From: Octopus sinensis
Lineage: Eukaryota
Direction of reading: 5' to 3'
NCBI RefSeq assembly: GCF_006345805.1
Contig: NC_043004.1
Span: forward strand, 99,820,001 to 99,884,000
DNA: 64,000 nt
Notes under the pieces: generated by a model
What the model saw: only the letters and a program-made list of their open reading frames with translations
What the model was told of the DNA's origin: nothing
Database searches by the model: none
In this document: positions 39,020 to 53,449 of the stretch, one piece after another
Layout: each line of letters starts with the position of its first letter
How positions within the stretch are numbered: the stretch's first letter is position 1
Made by a program: the position numbers and the translations under genes

Positions 39020-39983
39020 GCATAAACACATACATACATACAAATATACATATATATATGTGTGTATGTGTGGGTATACTTATGAACTCAACCCAAGCCT
39101 ATAAACCATATAACTGCGCACTTAAAAACACATAAGAGCATGCACCCTTTACATAAAACCAAACATGATGTTATATGCTCATACCACACACATCCTGACT
39201 CTATGCATGAATACAACTTAAATTTTACACATGTAAGCACATATTCAAGTACATCATGTTCACAGCACATACTCACACATACATGAAACATAAACTATAC
39301 GTAGAGTTGTGCTTTCGATAAAAGCTAGCGAATATGTTAAAATCTTGATCGAAATTTATTGCCCTAGCACTCAAGCATTTAACAGCCTGCTCACTAAACC
39401 CTTAATACATCTATTCACATTGATGCGATGAAAACTCTCACGTGTTTGCATCAAATTGCTCTATCTTCGATTATAATAATTCCCTTTGAATTGGTTGAAG
39501 TACTATCATATTACGTATTGTGAGAAGGAAAATAAAATTGAAAGAATTTCCACCAACATGTTACTATTATTTCTTTACTTATAGTTTAAACGGTATTAAT
39601 TAGAAATAATTTTGGTTTCTAAAAGAACGAATCAAAAATAATTATTTTTTATAGCTCTGGGTTTTGCGAGAGAGTAAGATGCAAAGGTTCTGTAAAATAT
39701 TGATAACTTGCATTTTGTAATTTTCCCCGGCAAATGAGTATATAATTTTGGAAAAATCCAAGAACTATGTTCTTTCATACTTTCTCACGTAATTTCAACT
39801 TGATATTGTTTGTAGTTATCTTGTTTGCAGAAATGAAGCGCATGTAACTTTGTATTGCCAGACGATATGATAGTAAGTCGTTTGGCGCTAAACACAGTTT
39901 AAGGAGCATTCTCCTCAATTTCTCTTTTAGAAAATAATTAAATATGCTTATATACATTTCTCTGTATGTGTGTATGTGTTGGT

Positions 39984-40017
<34 letters not shown>

Positions 40018-40434
40018 CATACATACATACATACATACATACATACATACATACATACATACATACATACATACACATATACATAGACTGATAAAATCCC
40101 TATTTTTCAATGAATAATCAGTTATCACATTGTCAATTATATTCAAATATTTAAGGTAGGATGATGGACGCAAAGATCTATACATAATAAAAGAACAGGG
40201 AAACATTTAAAGTTACTCACAGAAACCGGTAACATTTTTGAAAATATACCTATGTTACATTTTAACACAGTTTTTGTGTGTGTGTGTGTCTGCTCTGTGT
40301 GCGTATTTGTAGTTATTCTTGGTTGGATATTCAACTTAATCTTTATCGGGAAACCAAAGTTTGAGTCTTTGAATATTTCCCTCTTATATTTCTGGTAATA
40401 TTGTATTCCCTAAGTTTTGAAGAGATGAAACAAA

Positions 40435-40831
40435 TCTTTATATATAAAAGAGAAGTTGTGTGTCTGTCTCCTACGATTTAGATTCCTAACTACTCCCACA
40501 TTTTGCGGTGCAGTTTAACCAAAACCGGGTATCTTATAGTCGTGATTCATATCGAACCCTTCTGGGTATTAGCGCGCGTCTACGATGAGTCTACGATTTA
40601 AAAATAATTTACCATCATTTTTTTTCCATTTTAATGCATTTTTTCGCTATTATATAAGCGAAGTAACTCTCTAAAAATGTCTACGATGAGTCAACGATTA
40701 AAAAAAAATATTACCATGATTTGTTTTCCATTTTTAATGCATTTTTTTGCTATTTTTTGCTATAACTCTCCAAAAATGCTTATATAGTTATTTCCCTTAC
40801 AAACCCGAGCAACGCCGGGCGATACTGCTAG
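40435..40831 (+). mobile_element. non-autonomous Helitron (397 bp)
   Basis: A|TC start, subterminal CCCGAGCAACGCCGGG hairpin, CTAG|T end, internal ~100-bp duplication. Confidence 0.88.
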
Positions 40832-41852
40832 TATTATATAAAACATTGTAAGAGGACGGTGAATTTGGTAGAATCATTAAAATGTCTGACAAATACCTTG
40901 CAATATTTTCCGAATCTGCATTCTGAGTTCAATACCAACAAGATCAAATTTAGTCCACGACTGCCTAGGGTCAAAGAAATAACGTGCCAATACTGTATCG
41001 TTTTCATTTTAATCGGTTGATCACTGTCCAAAATTATTAGCATTGTTCCTAGTAAAAGCAGATAAATTTTTAATAACGTAATACTTTTTCATTTTAACTA
41101 CCGACAAGTTCTTTTTACAAGCAAAATGATCCTTCAATTGAGAGTACATTGAATAGTGTATTACTGTTACTTATTTCATTTACCCTGTTGACAGGAAAAA
41201 ACTGAAATTTGTTTTTAATCAATATGAGCAGGGGTCATACTGTAGAAGTTCAAACTATTAGTCATACACCCAATCGTGTCACCTATGTTTATGGATTCTC
41301 TCAACTTAGCACTTCAATTGAACTCAGTGTATTTCATGGGAGGCAACACTAGTATATTACCCAGGAAAATGTTAGCAAATAATGTATACCTTCATGAGAT
41401 CTGAACACAGTATAGTAGATCAATACCTCAATTATTCAAAGTACTTAATTTAATGGCTCCAGTAGAAATAACTTAGAGACAATTTCATAAAAAGCAAAAG
41501 TTAATTAGTGTTCAGATATTTAATGCAGAGAGTATTAGAAAGATAATTGGAAATAATTATGTAGTGGAGAAAAATTATTCCTATTTAGCTTTCGATACTC
41601 GCTGCAATATTTTAATTCTAATTTATTTAATCTCTGTACTAAACTGATTACACTAACTTACAAGCAGTAACATTTCAATGTTGACAATTATGATAATAAT
41701 ATTAATGCTGTGTTAATGATGATTATGATTTAGGCACAAGTGTACTACCTGTGCGGAGAATGGGCTGGTTGATAGCATCTACTTCAAAATCTGACGAGTC
41801 AGGAGAAATATCGCAAGGCCTTTTCGATTCTGTCAGTGTACTAGACAGCAGG

Positions 41853-42116
41853 TGGAGGCGCGTGGCTTAGTGGTTAGGGTATCAGCATCACGATCGTAAG
41901 ATTGTGGTTTCGATTCCTAGTCCGGGCGACGCGTTGTGTTCTTGAGCAAAACACCTCATTTGACGTTGCTCCAGTCCACTCAGCTGGCAAAAATGAGTAA
42001 CGCTGCGATGGACTGGGGTTCCGTCCAGCAGGGGAACACATACGCCATAGAAACCGGGAAACCGGGCCCATGAACCTGCTAGGCTTTAAAAGGGCGCATT
42101 TATTTATTTTTTTTTT
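41853..42116 (+). mobile_element. tRNA-derived SINE, family 3-related (body B plus tail T1)
   Basis: TGGAGGCGCGTGGCTTAGTGG A-box, GTTTCGATTCC B-box, TTGCTCCAGTCCACTCAGCTGGCAAA body, AAAAGGGCGCA tail. Confidence 0.9.
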
Positions 42117-42948
42117 ACTAGTCAATGGCTTTCGTGGCTTCTGAGTTTAACTGGTTGAAAGTGTTAACATGTACATGTTTTGTTTTCCTGTAAAAGATGG
42201 GCTACATCAAATATTCTTGTCATTGCCACAGATTTGCTCGTCTATTGCTTGACCTTAACCACTTGAATATTACGCTAAGTGAGTGACGCTATATGCCTCT
42301 CTCACCACAAGCAGGAGTAGTGAAGACGTATCGGAAACATTGGTGTTTCGTTCATCATCCTCAAACAACCTTTATTCAGAAACCTTTTGAGTGGGATTGA
42401 CTAATCGAGAAAATTCTAACTGGGCCCCACCTGCAAGGTTGTGTGTTTATTATCTTATTATGAGATGACCATGTCACGTATATATACTTGTGATGTACGT
42501 GGCCTTAACAGAATGTTATTCGTCATGCGTATATTTGGCTTTGCATATCTGTACACCAGCGTCACTTTGATGGCATGTGCTGCTCCCTTTTTCAATGAGG
42601 ATGATGATGATGATGATGATGTTGATGGTGGTGGTGGTGGTGATGATGATAATGATGATGATTTCTTTTTTGGGATCAAAACAATGACCACCATACAAAG
42701 GTGGAAAATAATTACATTCAAACGGAATTTACATCGAGTAAAAGCATAAAGATTTAAAATTCTTATCTATAAAATGTTACCACGAAAGTGCTCCCCACTA
42801 GGGAGGACACCACCTAGAAAACCCTGCACAGAAACCTGAATTACTCTGGCACATGAAAAGTGTCATAAAGTGGCGTCCACTGCTTCTTTCCTTCAGCTTA
42901 GAGAAGCATAATCGTGGAAATCTCTTGGTTTATTGAAATTATTTTCAG

Positions 42949-43056
42949 TTCTAGAGAATGTGTCAGAGTTGCCAAATGGCGATAGAGTCCAGCTTCATAT
43001 TGTAAAGGAAGATAATCGAAAGAATCAAGAAGCTTCTAAAACTGATATGAAATTAG
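42949..43056 (+). CDS. candidate symmetric (phase 1-1) 108-bp internal exon, unknown gene
   Basis: ATTATTTTCAG| acceptor, open frame LENVSELPNGDRVQLHIVKEDNRKNQEASKTDMKL, AG|GTACAA donor. No neighbouring exon could be linked. Confidence 0.3.
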
Positions 43057-43220
43057 GTACAAGGAGTGGCTTGTGGCGTTGAGATAAGAGGACAGTCGTG
43101 GATAATTTTAGTAAATACAAAAATTATGTTTATGAGATATGATTTGCCTGTATTTGTTTGTGTTATTCAAATACATGCAACAAGCAACTCTGTGTTGTCT
43201 TAGTTCAGTTTTATTTAACA

Positions 43221-43616
43221 CTAGCAGTATCGCCCGGCGTTGCTCGGGTTTGTAAGGGAAATAACTATATAAGCATTTTTAGAGAGTTATAACCAAAAAA
43301 TAGCAAAAAATTGCATTAAAAATGGAAAAAAAATGATGTTAAATTTTTTTTTAAATCGTTGACTCATCGTAGACATTTTTAGAGAGTTACGTCCCTTATA
43401 TAATAGCAAAAAAATGCATTAAAATGGAAAAAATGATGGTAATTTTTTTTTAAATCGTAGACACATTGTAGACGCGCGCTAATAGCCAGAAGAGCTCGAT
43501 ATGAATCACGACTATAAGATACCCGGTTTTGGTTAAACTGCACCGCAAAATGTGGGAGTAGTTAGGAATCTAAATCGTAGGAGACAGACACACAACTTGA
43601 CTTTTATATATAAAGA
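43221..43616 (-). mobile_element. non-autonomous Helitron, same family as 40435, inverted
   Basis: Reverse-complement copy with the same A|TC and CTAG|T termini. Confidence 0.88.
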
Positions 43617-45517
43617 TTACAAGTCCTCTTACTACTGGAGATAAGGTAGGACATGTCGTGCTGATGATGTCTATTAGAAAAGAAATGCATGCCCATGATG
43701 GTTCTCATATCTCCAAACAATTAGCTTGTCCTTTTCTCTAAATGGCATATTAGATTTGGAGAAACCTTGAGTCTTAAGGTTTTCTTCCCTTCTGCTGTGG
43801 AGGCGGTATCAGTCGTTATTTAGTAAATGCGACACATTACATTATTTTGAGGCGGATGTACTTTATAGATTCCTCACAGTAACTGAACTTTACCTATAGA
43901 TAGAAATACTTTTGATATACGGATGTTATTGACTCTCTCCTGCAAGTGTAAATTGGGCTAAGAAATTTCCAAATATATGCGTAATTATTCATAATTTAAA
44001 ATTGCTCGGCTCTTCTCTCTAAAGTTTATGAAATCGTGTTATATAGCTACAATATACGTTATAGTTTTCAAAATTAACGAAGACTATGCTCTCTTAATTT
44101 TTTGAATTCTCTCACATCAACTTGTAATAGCTGGAGTAAACTTGACACGTTTCTTCAGAGAATACTACATTAATGGGGTTTTTTTCTTCCCAATATGTTT
44201 AATTATTTAAGAACAACCTTAATCGTGTGATGGCTCTTAGCTACAGATTCAATTGGTTAACGCAAAGACATGCATCTACAAGTTATTTCGGCGAAAAGAG
44301 TTCTAACTCTTCGAAGAAAAAAACTATCTTATCATTATTGATGTTTCTTCTTATTCCACGTATCGTAATTGTTTTTAATCTGGCTTTAGGATTATTTGTC
44401 ACATTACTCTGATATTTCTCTCTGCGAAGTGAAATACTCAGGTTTTCCCAGTTGAAGATTTCCAAGTTAAACGTGTTACGTTATTTAGTATGGAAGGTTA
44501 GTAATATCAATTACCTAAGTACATATATGTATCCATTTCTTTACAAAAGTAAACAAACCTAACATTCTCATTTCTACTTAACACTCTAAAAGTAGAAGCT
44601 CTTTTTTACTCAATTTAATTGTGATTTTGTTGAATTCATAATTGTTATTGATAAGTACTTGAAATCTTGTAATTCCTTCCTACTTAAGCCTTCCCATATT
44701 CATTAAAACAGATAAACAATATCACAGCGAAATATAGTTTTTGATTATTGTTAAAATTTTAAAATCTATTCGGAACAAACAATTACATCAATAACTGGGA
44801 ATAAAGTCCGTATATGTCATAAATGAAAAGTTGTATTTTAGGTAGTTGCAGACACAAATAAAACCAGCAGAAAACTCTAAGATTTGGAGTATTGATGAAA
44901 ATACTCATTCAATCGATTCGAAAGTAATACGGAGGTTTTATATTTTAAATATAAAATACATGTGATGAAATTTACGCACACTAGAAATGCTAGTATAATA
45001 TTTGTGGGAAATATTGTAGTTGCTAAAGAATTCTCTAGAAAAATTCGATTAAAGGTTAAGAGTATCCGACGTATGTTAAATTCAACAGGGCGCTTACGAT
45101 TATCCTGAACAGGAATGAACAATTTGAGAAGTATAAGATGAAGCCTTTTAAATTATTTAATTATTCGTGATTTCTCTGAAGACTAGTTTAAGAAGTTGAA
45201 ACGATTGGAATACTGCAAGGAAAGATGGAATAGAACACACACACACACAAATTTATGTGTGTGTGCGTGCATGTGTGTTGTGTGTGTGTGTATGTGTGTA
45301 TGTGTGTATGACAGACAGACAGAATTTAAGACAAGTACAAGCTTATATCATTTGAGTTTATCATAATTTCTCCAGTTTATTTCTTTGTATACCTGAAACA
45401 CACTGGATGATGATACTCTACACGAAGCTTTATACTCAACATTATCAGTCTAATAACTAGTTTTACACTCAAGACATAAATTGTGTATGTGTGTGCGTGT
45501 GTGTGTTTGTGGAAATA

Positions 45518-45779
45518 TAAAAAAAAAATAAATGTTCCTTCTCAAGCCATGCAAGACTCATAAGGGCCGGTTTCCCGGTTTCAGTAGCGTAGAAATTCCC
45601 CACGTGGACGGGACGTCGGTCAGTCGCAGGTTTGCTCATGTTTGCCAGCTGAGTGGACTGGAGCCACGTGAAATGAAGTGTTTTGCTCATGAACACAACC
45701 ATCGCCCGCTCCAAGAATCGAAACAATAATCTTATGATCAGGAGTTCAACACCCTAACCACTAAGCTACGCGCCTCCAC
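45518..45779 (-). mobile_element. tRNA-derived SINE (body B plus T1-like tail)
   Basis: Reverse-complement homologue of the 41853 copy. Confidence 0.85.
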
Positions 45780-47070
45780 TGTGTGTAAGTATACTTATAT
45801 CTATTTATATTTCCCTTGTAGGAAGAAGCTTGTTTGTCTTCAGTAATTTTTGCGCAGATATGTCCCGATTTCTGTTTCTCAGGTGTGTACCATTGATATA
45901 CACGACAATACAGTAATATCTCATCGTACACACAAAGTCGGTGTAGTAACCGCCCATGGTCAAAGTTACCATGCGAATCTCGAACCTCGGAAATTCTCAT
46001 ACATTTTAATCAGCCACATTTAAACAGCACTTACAGTAAATATATAGGTATGCATGTATATGCTTGGCTATATATAACCACACACACACACACACATACA
46101 CACATTCATTCACTCACATGCACACATACACACACAATCACACACAAACAAGTAGTTTTATATATTAACTTACAGACCGAAATATATACATACATATGTG
46201 AATGTGAGTGTATGCATGTATCCTTCTAAGTCTATGCTGTAATTTGTTATAATAATAATAACGATACAAAAATATATTAATAATAATAGTTTTGATGATG
46301 ATGATGATGATAATGATGATGATGATGATGATGATGATGTTGATGGTGAATGATAATCATTATTATTATTATTAATATTATATTACTATTATTTATGATT
46401 ATAATTATACAATTTCAGTTATACATACATATATATATATATATATATTAGTGTTTCTCTGTGTGAGTGTGTATGTATGCATGTATATATGCGTGTGTGT
46501 ACATTTGTACGTGTGAGTGTGTGTGCACGCATGTATGTGTCAAACGCGTGAATTGTGTACTGAAGTATGTATGTGTAACTGTGTGCGTAGATGTGCAATG
46601 AAATATGAGGCGCCGAGTGTGAAATGAAAGAGGGGGGGAACCACAATAAACACGAGCGAGTGAGAAAAGAAGAAAGAGAAACAAGGGAGAGAGAGAGAGA
46701 GAGAGAGAGGAAGAGAGTAAAAATAGAGACAATTCAATAGATATAATGATATAGATCTATGAGTATCTGAATCTCCCTTTGCTGATATAAATATGTGTAT
46801 TTATCAATTTATTTAGCAAGTTTATAAAGATTCTATTCAGATATAACACTGTAGTTTATCACGATAGTTGGTCTCTGGAGAGCAGTTTTTTAACTGTTAT
46901 TGTCGAAACTGAATAAAACAACTGATAGACTCTTTACACATCTATATTGGAAAACATCATTTAACAAATTGAAATAATGGCTTCGGAGTTTGTGTATGTA
47001 TGTCTTTATAGGTATATGCGTGTGTATAGTTTTCTCCATTTGCGTCACGTTGTTATGTACGCAACAGCGC

Positions 47071-47074
<4 letters not shown>

Positions 47075-47121
<47 letters not shown>

Positions 47122-47900
47122 TAAATATTTGTATATATATATATAAGCACATATACATACATACATATATACACGCAAACAGACACATATATATACACAC
47201 ATATTCATACATATATATATGTAGGTATTATGTGTGTGTGTGAGTGTGTGTATGCGTGTGTGTGTTTGTAAATATTTGTGTGTATATATAAGCACATATA
47301 CATACATACATATATACACGCAAACAGACACATATATATACACACATATTCATACATATATATATATATGTAGGTATTATGTGTGAGTGTGAGTGTGTGT
47401 GTGTGGCGTGTGTGTGTTTGTAAATATTTGTATGTATATATAAGCACTTATACATACAGACATATATACATACAAACACACACATATATATACACATATA
47501 TTCATACATATATATATATATATATATATAGGTATTATGTGTGTGTGTGAGTGTGTGTGTGCGTGTGTGTGTTTGTAAATATTTGTATATATATATAAGC
47601 ACTTATACATACAGACATATATACATACAAACACACACATATATATACACATATATTCATACATACATATATATATATATATTATATATATATATATGTA
47701 GGTATTATGTGTGTGTGTGAGTGTGTGTGTGCGTGTGTGTGTTTGTAAATATTTGTGTGTATATATATAAGCACATATACATACAGACATATATACATAC
47801 AAACACACACATATACACACACATATATATACATATACATTCATGCATATATATGTGTAGGTATTATGTGTGTGTGTGAGTATGTTTGTGTGTGTGTGTG
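47075..47900. repeat. composite minisatellite of ~150-170-bp units built from TG/TA/CA microsatellites
   Basis: GTTTGTAAATATTTG anchors at ~47117, 47266, 47417, 47571 and 47741; TAGGTATTATG anchors interleaved. Confidence 0.88.
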
Positions 47901-49385
47901 TGCGTGTGTGTGTGAGTGTGTGTACGATTACTCATACGCGCACATGTAGCCACACTCGCGCACGCACATACACGCACATATATTCTTCAGGGGCCAACGT
48001 CTGAAATCGTAAATCCCTTCGCATTTTCTTGGTAAGACAGTCTGCAAATAAGCAAACAGGAGAGAAACAAACAAAAAGAAATACCGCGTAAATAAGGATT
48101 TACACAACACACAGTCAACCACTGTGTTACATAGAAATACTCGAGATGCAGAACGATGAAAGATTGGGTGATGAACAAAAATAAACTGCAACCAGACCAA
48201 CATGTAGTTTCCCACGTTTCGTTTGCCATTACATATTTTGTATATTCCTGTGCGCTCCTTCGATTTTTATTATTTTTACATGAATAATTCCATTTTATAT
48301 TGTTTGTGACACTAAATGAGATCAACATTGTCCTCTTGTGTCTGGTACATAGAACACATCAGATTGTTTAATTACAAGGAGGAATTTGAAATAGAGTCTG
48401 CCCGATCCTATTACATTTCAAACGAATTCTTAATAGAAATTGGTCAGCAACAATAATTTATTTAGCTAATTAAAGACTTTATACTTATTTTATGATTCAT
48501 TTTTCCATATACCTCTTTTACGTACTCACTCATATTTCTAACTTTCTATCTTTGTCTATCTATCAATCTATCTATCTGCCAATCTCTGTCTATCGTTGGC
48601 GATTTTCTTTCCTCCGTCTTCCATTCTATTGGACTTTCCTCTACTTCTGAAGAAGAGCGTTGCTCGTAACGATAACCAATCTTCCTTTCCTTCCCTGAGC
48701 GTCTGCTAATACTTTACATGTACGACGTCCTCACGTTGTTGTTTTATTTGTGTGCACTTTTGGGGGATTTACTATATATATATGGGGAAGGTGCGTATGT
48801 GTTTGTGCGCGTGCGTATGTGCATGTATATACGTATAAAGGTGTAATATATCACATATGCATACATATATGTGAATTTATAAATGTATATGCATATATAC
48901 ATGTACGAATGCATGTATAAGGGCGTTTATAGGATTTACATACATAGATGCAAGCATACATATATAGTATATACGGTTATGACACCTGGCATTCGTATAT
49001 GGTTACTCAAATTTCACATTCCAGATGAAAATATGGATACTGTTGTTGAAAAGTGAGCTACAAAGGAGGAAATCGTAGATTTTCTCTTTACATTTTGTAC
49101 AACTATTAGCTGTGCACAATCAGATTTCCATGCAGTTGTCCATATATTGTAAGAAAGAAATCACCTGTACACACTTTATATTTATTTTGATTAGCAGGAA
49201 GGTTGAATCTAAAGACTTAGCTGAGGGCCCCCACTTTTTATAAACCTAAGTAACCCTTACCCATTGGGTGGAAGAATACTTCTAAACTTTTATTTGTTAC
49301 ATCGTACGCTATACACTTACAGATATATACATACATACAGAGAAACAGATGGATTGACGGATAGACACACACAAATGTATATATA

Positions 49386-49448
<63 letters not shown>

Positions 49449-49829
49449 TATATATATACATACATATATATGATTATCGTTAGCCTCTTGTATTTTCAGT
49501 GACATGGTAGATTATTTGAGTAATTTTCATCGCTTATTTCTAACAACGCTAGTACTTCGTGTACTCTCAAAAATAATTGATAATTAATGATAAATTTACA
49601 AATTTGCTTTTTGGGCTTTAATGCCTGATGGCCACTTATATTATTGTTGTTATTATTTATTAATGATAATAATAATATCTTTATTTTTTAAGTATAATCT
49701 ATTATCGTTAGATTTTTGGCGCAGGTCTTTGAATGATATTGACAGGTATGACGAAGCTAACGTTCGTTTAACCCTTGGCTAACAGTGAGACCTACTGATG
49801 AAAACTAACGGAGATATCTCAAAGTGGGA

Positions 49830-50335
49830 GGAGCTTGGTTGTAAAGCAGGAGTAGGGTAGAAACTGTGGGCCAAATGTCACGGAGGTTATGGTCGCGTTT
49901 GAAGGAGGAAAGGGGTGAGTTATGGAAGATGTGTAAGGTGGAGTGGCCGGATTGGAGTCGGTGGAAGGAGCAGAGAATGGTGTGTTGGAGGGGTAATGTA
50001 GAGGTGTGGTAGGTGAGAGGGAAAAGGATGCGGTTAGGGCTGGGACGGGTTCTGGGAGAGAAAGCAGAGGCACGGTCAACGGATCGTGCCCGGGTAAGGG
50101 CAATGTGAATAAGGGTGAGTGGATATCCACATAGGGTGAATTGGCGAGCCAGCCATGAGCTGAGACTGGATCTTAGCTCATGGTAATCACTGCAGAGCCG
50201 GTGTAGTCGGAGGATTTGGGAGTAGGCGATGGAGAGATTGTTGTGGGTAGGGTGGAGGATAAATTGAGGTAGGAATGTGAGTTTGTTTGTAATGGATGGA
50301 GGTGGTAAGAGTGGATTAGTGTATACTAACAGAAA
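49830..50335 (-). mobile_element. Penelope-like element fragment (RT thumb / linker region)
   Basis: SIAYSQILRLHRLCSD..FTLCGYPLTLIHIALTRARSVDRASAFSPR..ILFPLTYH..HRLQSG..SSFKRDHNLRD, matching the PLE IPYSQ.LR.RRICS..GYP..RIP.VLTYHP pattern. Confidence 0.9.
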
Positions 50336-50499
50336 TGGCGAGAAACTCAACGGCGTTAGCGATATATAGGAGATATATAGGCAGAGTGGAAGTAATCATT
50401 GTTTAGTTACTATCAAATAGAATTTTGAAAATATGGTTCTGAAAACCTGTCCTTTAAGGAAAAATAATTCACAAATCCCACACTCAGAAGCCAGTTACA

Positions 50500-52950
50500 G
50501 AATTTTGCTTGTATAAGCCTCACAAATACCGAAGTGATACCACGAATTACAGAAAATTTAAACAACAAAACACCCCTCATTTTCCCATCATAGATACAGA
50601 AAAGCATAGCTACATTGGAAGAAACAAAAACTTCATTTTGGTCTGGGCGCAATTCCTTTCCGAATCGAGGACACCAGTAAACACAACACACGAAAATTAT
50701 AACATCAAAGTCAAATTTAGAGAGATCCACCTATCGCCAGCAACAACCTGTGACAAACCAAGCTAATACAGAAGACATGACAATAATATATTTAACAGGA
50801 ATACTAATGGCTTGAACCAAACATTCAGGCAATCATTTTTCAGACCAGTAATTCAAAACATTCTATGGCACAAACCAACTGTAAGATTCCGAATGTAATA
50901 AATCTATTACAAAACCCTGTGAATTTAACAAATTTCATTGTTCTCTAAAGTGCTATAATTCACCCAAACACCACAAAATTCCAACGTGAATGAAATAGAA
51001 AACGATGTCTCGGAATTAAATAGGAAACTTTGCATAAAAGAAGTATTGCTCGACAAAAGAATCTAATCTACATAATCTAATCATACTCTGGCAAAACTTG
51101 AGTCCCAACATTTATAAAAATTCCATATATTAACTCACCCAAAATTTCAATTAAATATTAGCCAAAAAGAAAAAAAAGAAAGAAATTCAATGATCTTAAT
51201 AATGATCAGAATATAGTTACTGGGGAAGCAGATAAAAGTAATACAGTAGTCAATATGGATTCGAAATATTACAAAACTACAGCACTAATTCTACTTTTTG
51301 ATAACGCCTATCATGGAAGATAAACAATTTCAAACAATTTAAAAAAAGATAGAGACTATCTACCTTCCTGAAGCAGTTCCAAAAGGCTTTAATGAAGAAG
51401 GAAAGACATTATTTAAAGAGATTTGAATGTAAAACCAGCAATTTCAAAGGATTCCCCAAATCCATTATGGCAAATAGATACATGAAACGTGTACAGAATC
51501 AGCTTCAATTTATATTTATATATCTCATTCAAAACCCCAAGTTATGACCAATCAGAAGAGTTCCATCCTGTGAAATACATAGACTAAATTACTTTATTCA
51601 TATACTCCTAATACCTATTCTCAAATATATACTGAACTTCATATTTTGTGACTAAGACTTTTAAAAGGAATAGAAACAATTATATTATGGCAGGAAAAAT
51701 TTTCGAAATGTCCTACATGAACCCATTGAGAGAAATTTATGATTGAATGATTAAAGTTCTTCCTAGGAAATAACAATGTCTCAGAAAAATATCTGGGAGT
51801 GCGATGGCCATGGAGTATGCCTGCATATTGTAATCTTGATGTGACACATTATAAGTTCAAATTTACGAACACTCCAAATTAATGCTCAGCAATAACTTCT
51901 ATAGTTATCTATTCACCAATTGGAATCTTACATAGACGACTGTTTTATGCTGTGAACGCACTATGGATGAATTCTATGGGTTAATTCTAGTAAATAACAT
52001 AATTCACAGTACCCATTTTATAATAATGTACAACAGAAAAATTTTTAAATACCTCTTTTGGACATCTTGATCATAAAAAAGGACACAAATATTGAAACCA
52101 ATATTTATAACCAACAGACTCAAAACAATATTTATTATTTTATACTTGCCAGCCAAAAATATGCAATATTTTAACCTGGCAAGAAGAATCTGCACAGTTG
52201 TATTGAATCCCGGCATCCGGGAGAAAAGACTTCAAGAACTGAAGTGTATTTTACGTGAAAGGCATTACTCGGTCAGTTTAATCAATATTGGAATAGGACG
52301 TGCGAAAATGATAGACACCCAAGAATTACGTATAATAAAAACATCCTTGAGACACAATGTTTTACCTTACATAGCAAGACACAATATTCACGAAATGCAG
52401 AAGCGTACACCATCATTCATCAAAATATCCCTTTTTTATGAAAGAGTCAGAAATTTAAAAAGAAAACGATACAGAAAACGCACAGTAGAATTACAGTAAA
52501 ACGCAGCGTAAGTTTTACAAAATAGTAGCTCTATTACCCATGGAAAATTCAATTCCGATAGTCCAAATTTGTAGCGATCTGAAGTTCAGAACCAGCATCA
52601 AAATCATTGAGCAGTCAACATATGGATTTATATCAGGACAAACATTTGGTTTACAAATGTATTTCACTTGTGCATCAAGAAATTGAAATTATGTTGTCAA
52701 ATGCAATGTATCAATGAAAACTACGTACGACAAACTGGATTATCTCTGAGGTAGAGAATGGTGGTCCACCGTCCACAGATACGAGACCGAATTACCAAGG
52801 AATAATCATTAGTAAACATCGGTATATTTTATCCAACAAGCAAATATCCAGAATACTGTATTTCCATTTTATATCAAAGTATTGGGAACAAGTCAATTCA
52901 ATCCAGTTTAATTAGGTTTGCTCATTAAAAAATGGAATGCAAAATGTAAT
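50500..52950 (+). mobile_element. decayed near-full-length Penelope-like element (RT plus GIY-YIG endonuclease)
   Basis: FTQTP..ELNRKLCIKE (~50960-51050); EADKSNTVVNMD (51225); ECKTSNFKGFPK; YIDDCFML (51929); FNLARRICTVV..REKRLQELK..(52170); FTCASRN..YVVKC..ENYVRQTGLSLR.RM.VHR.QIRD (52663-52790). Many stops and frameshifts. Confidence 0.92.
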
Positions 52951-53002
52951 GCTTTATAACGAGAGGGTAGAATGACAAAACACAATGCATTCACCTCAGC
53001 TC

Positions 53003-53406
53003 TCTCTTTTACTCTTTTACTTGTTTCAGTCATTTGACTGCGGCCATGCTGAAGCACCACCTTTTAATCGAGCAACTCGACCCCGGGACTTATTCTTTTG
53101 TAAGCCCAGTACTTATTCTATCGGTCTCTTTTGCCGAACTGCTAAGTAACAGGAACATAAACACACCAGCATCGGTTGTCAAGCAATCCTAGGGGACAAA
53201 CACAGACACACAAACGCATATATATATATATATACATATATACGACAGGCTTCTCTCAGTTTCCGTCTCCCAAATCCACTCACAAGGCTTTGGTCGGCCC
53301 GGGGCTATAATAGAAGGCACTTGCCCAAGGTGCCACGCAGTGGGACTGAACCCGGAACCATGTGGTTGTTTGACAAGCTACTTACCACACAGCCACTACT
53401 GCGCCT
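53003..53406 (-). mobile_element. tRNA-derived SINE, family 1, full length
   Basis: Complete reverse-complement copy from GGCGCAG..TGGCTGTGTGGTAAG to the (GTAAAAGA)n tail. Confidence 0.93.
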
Positions 53407-53449
53407 ATGTAAGATATAATAAAAATGATAAATCTTTTCAAATCTAAGC

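Noticed and set aside
39826-39867. 42-bp segment with a good acceptor and GTAAGT donor
   Set aside because: All three frames contain stops.
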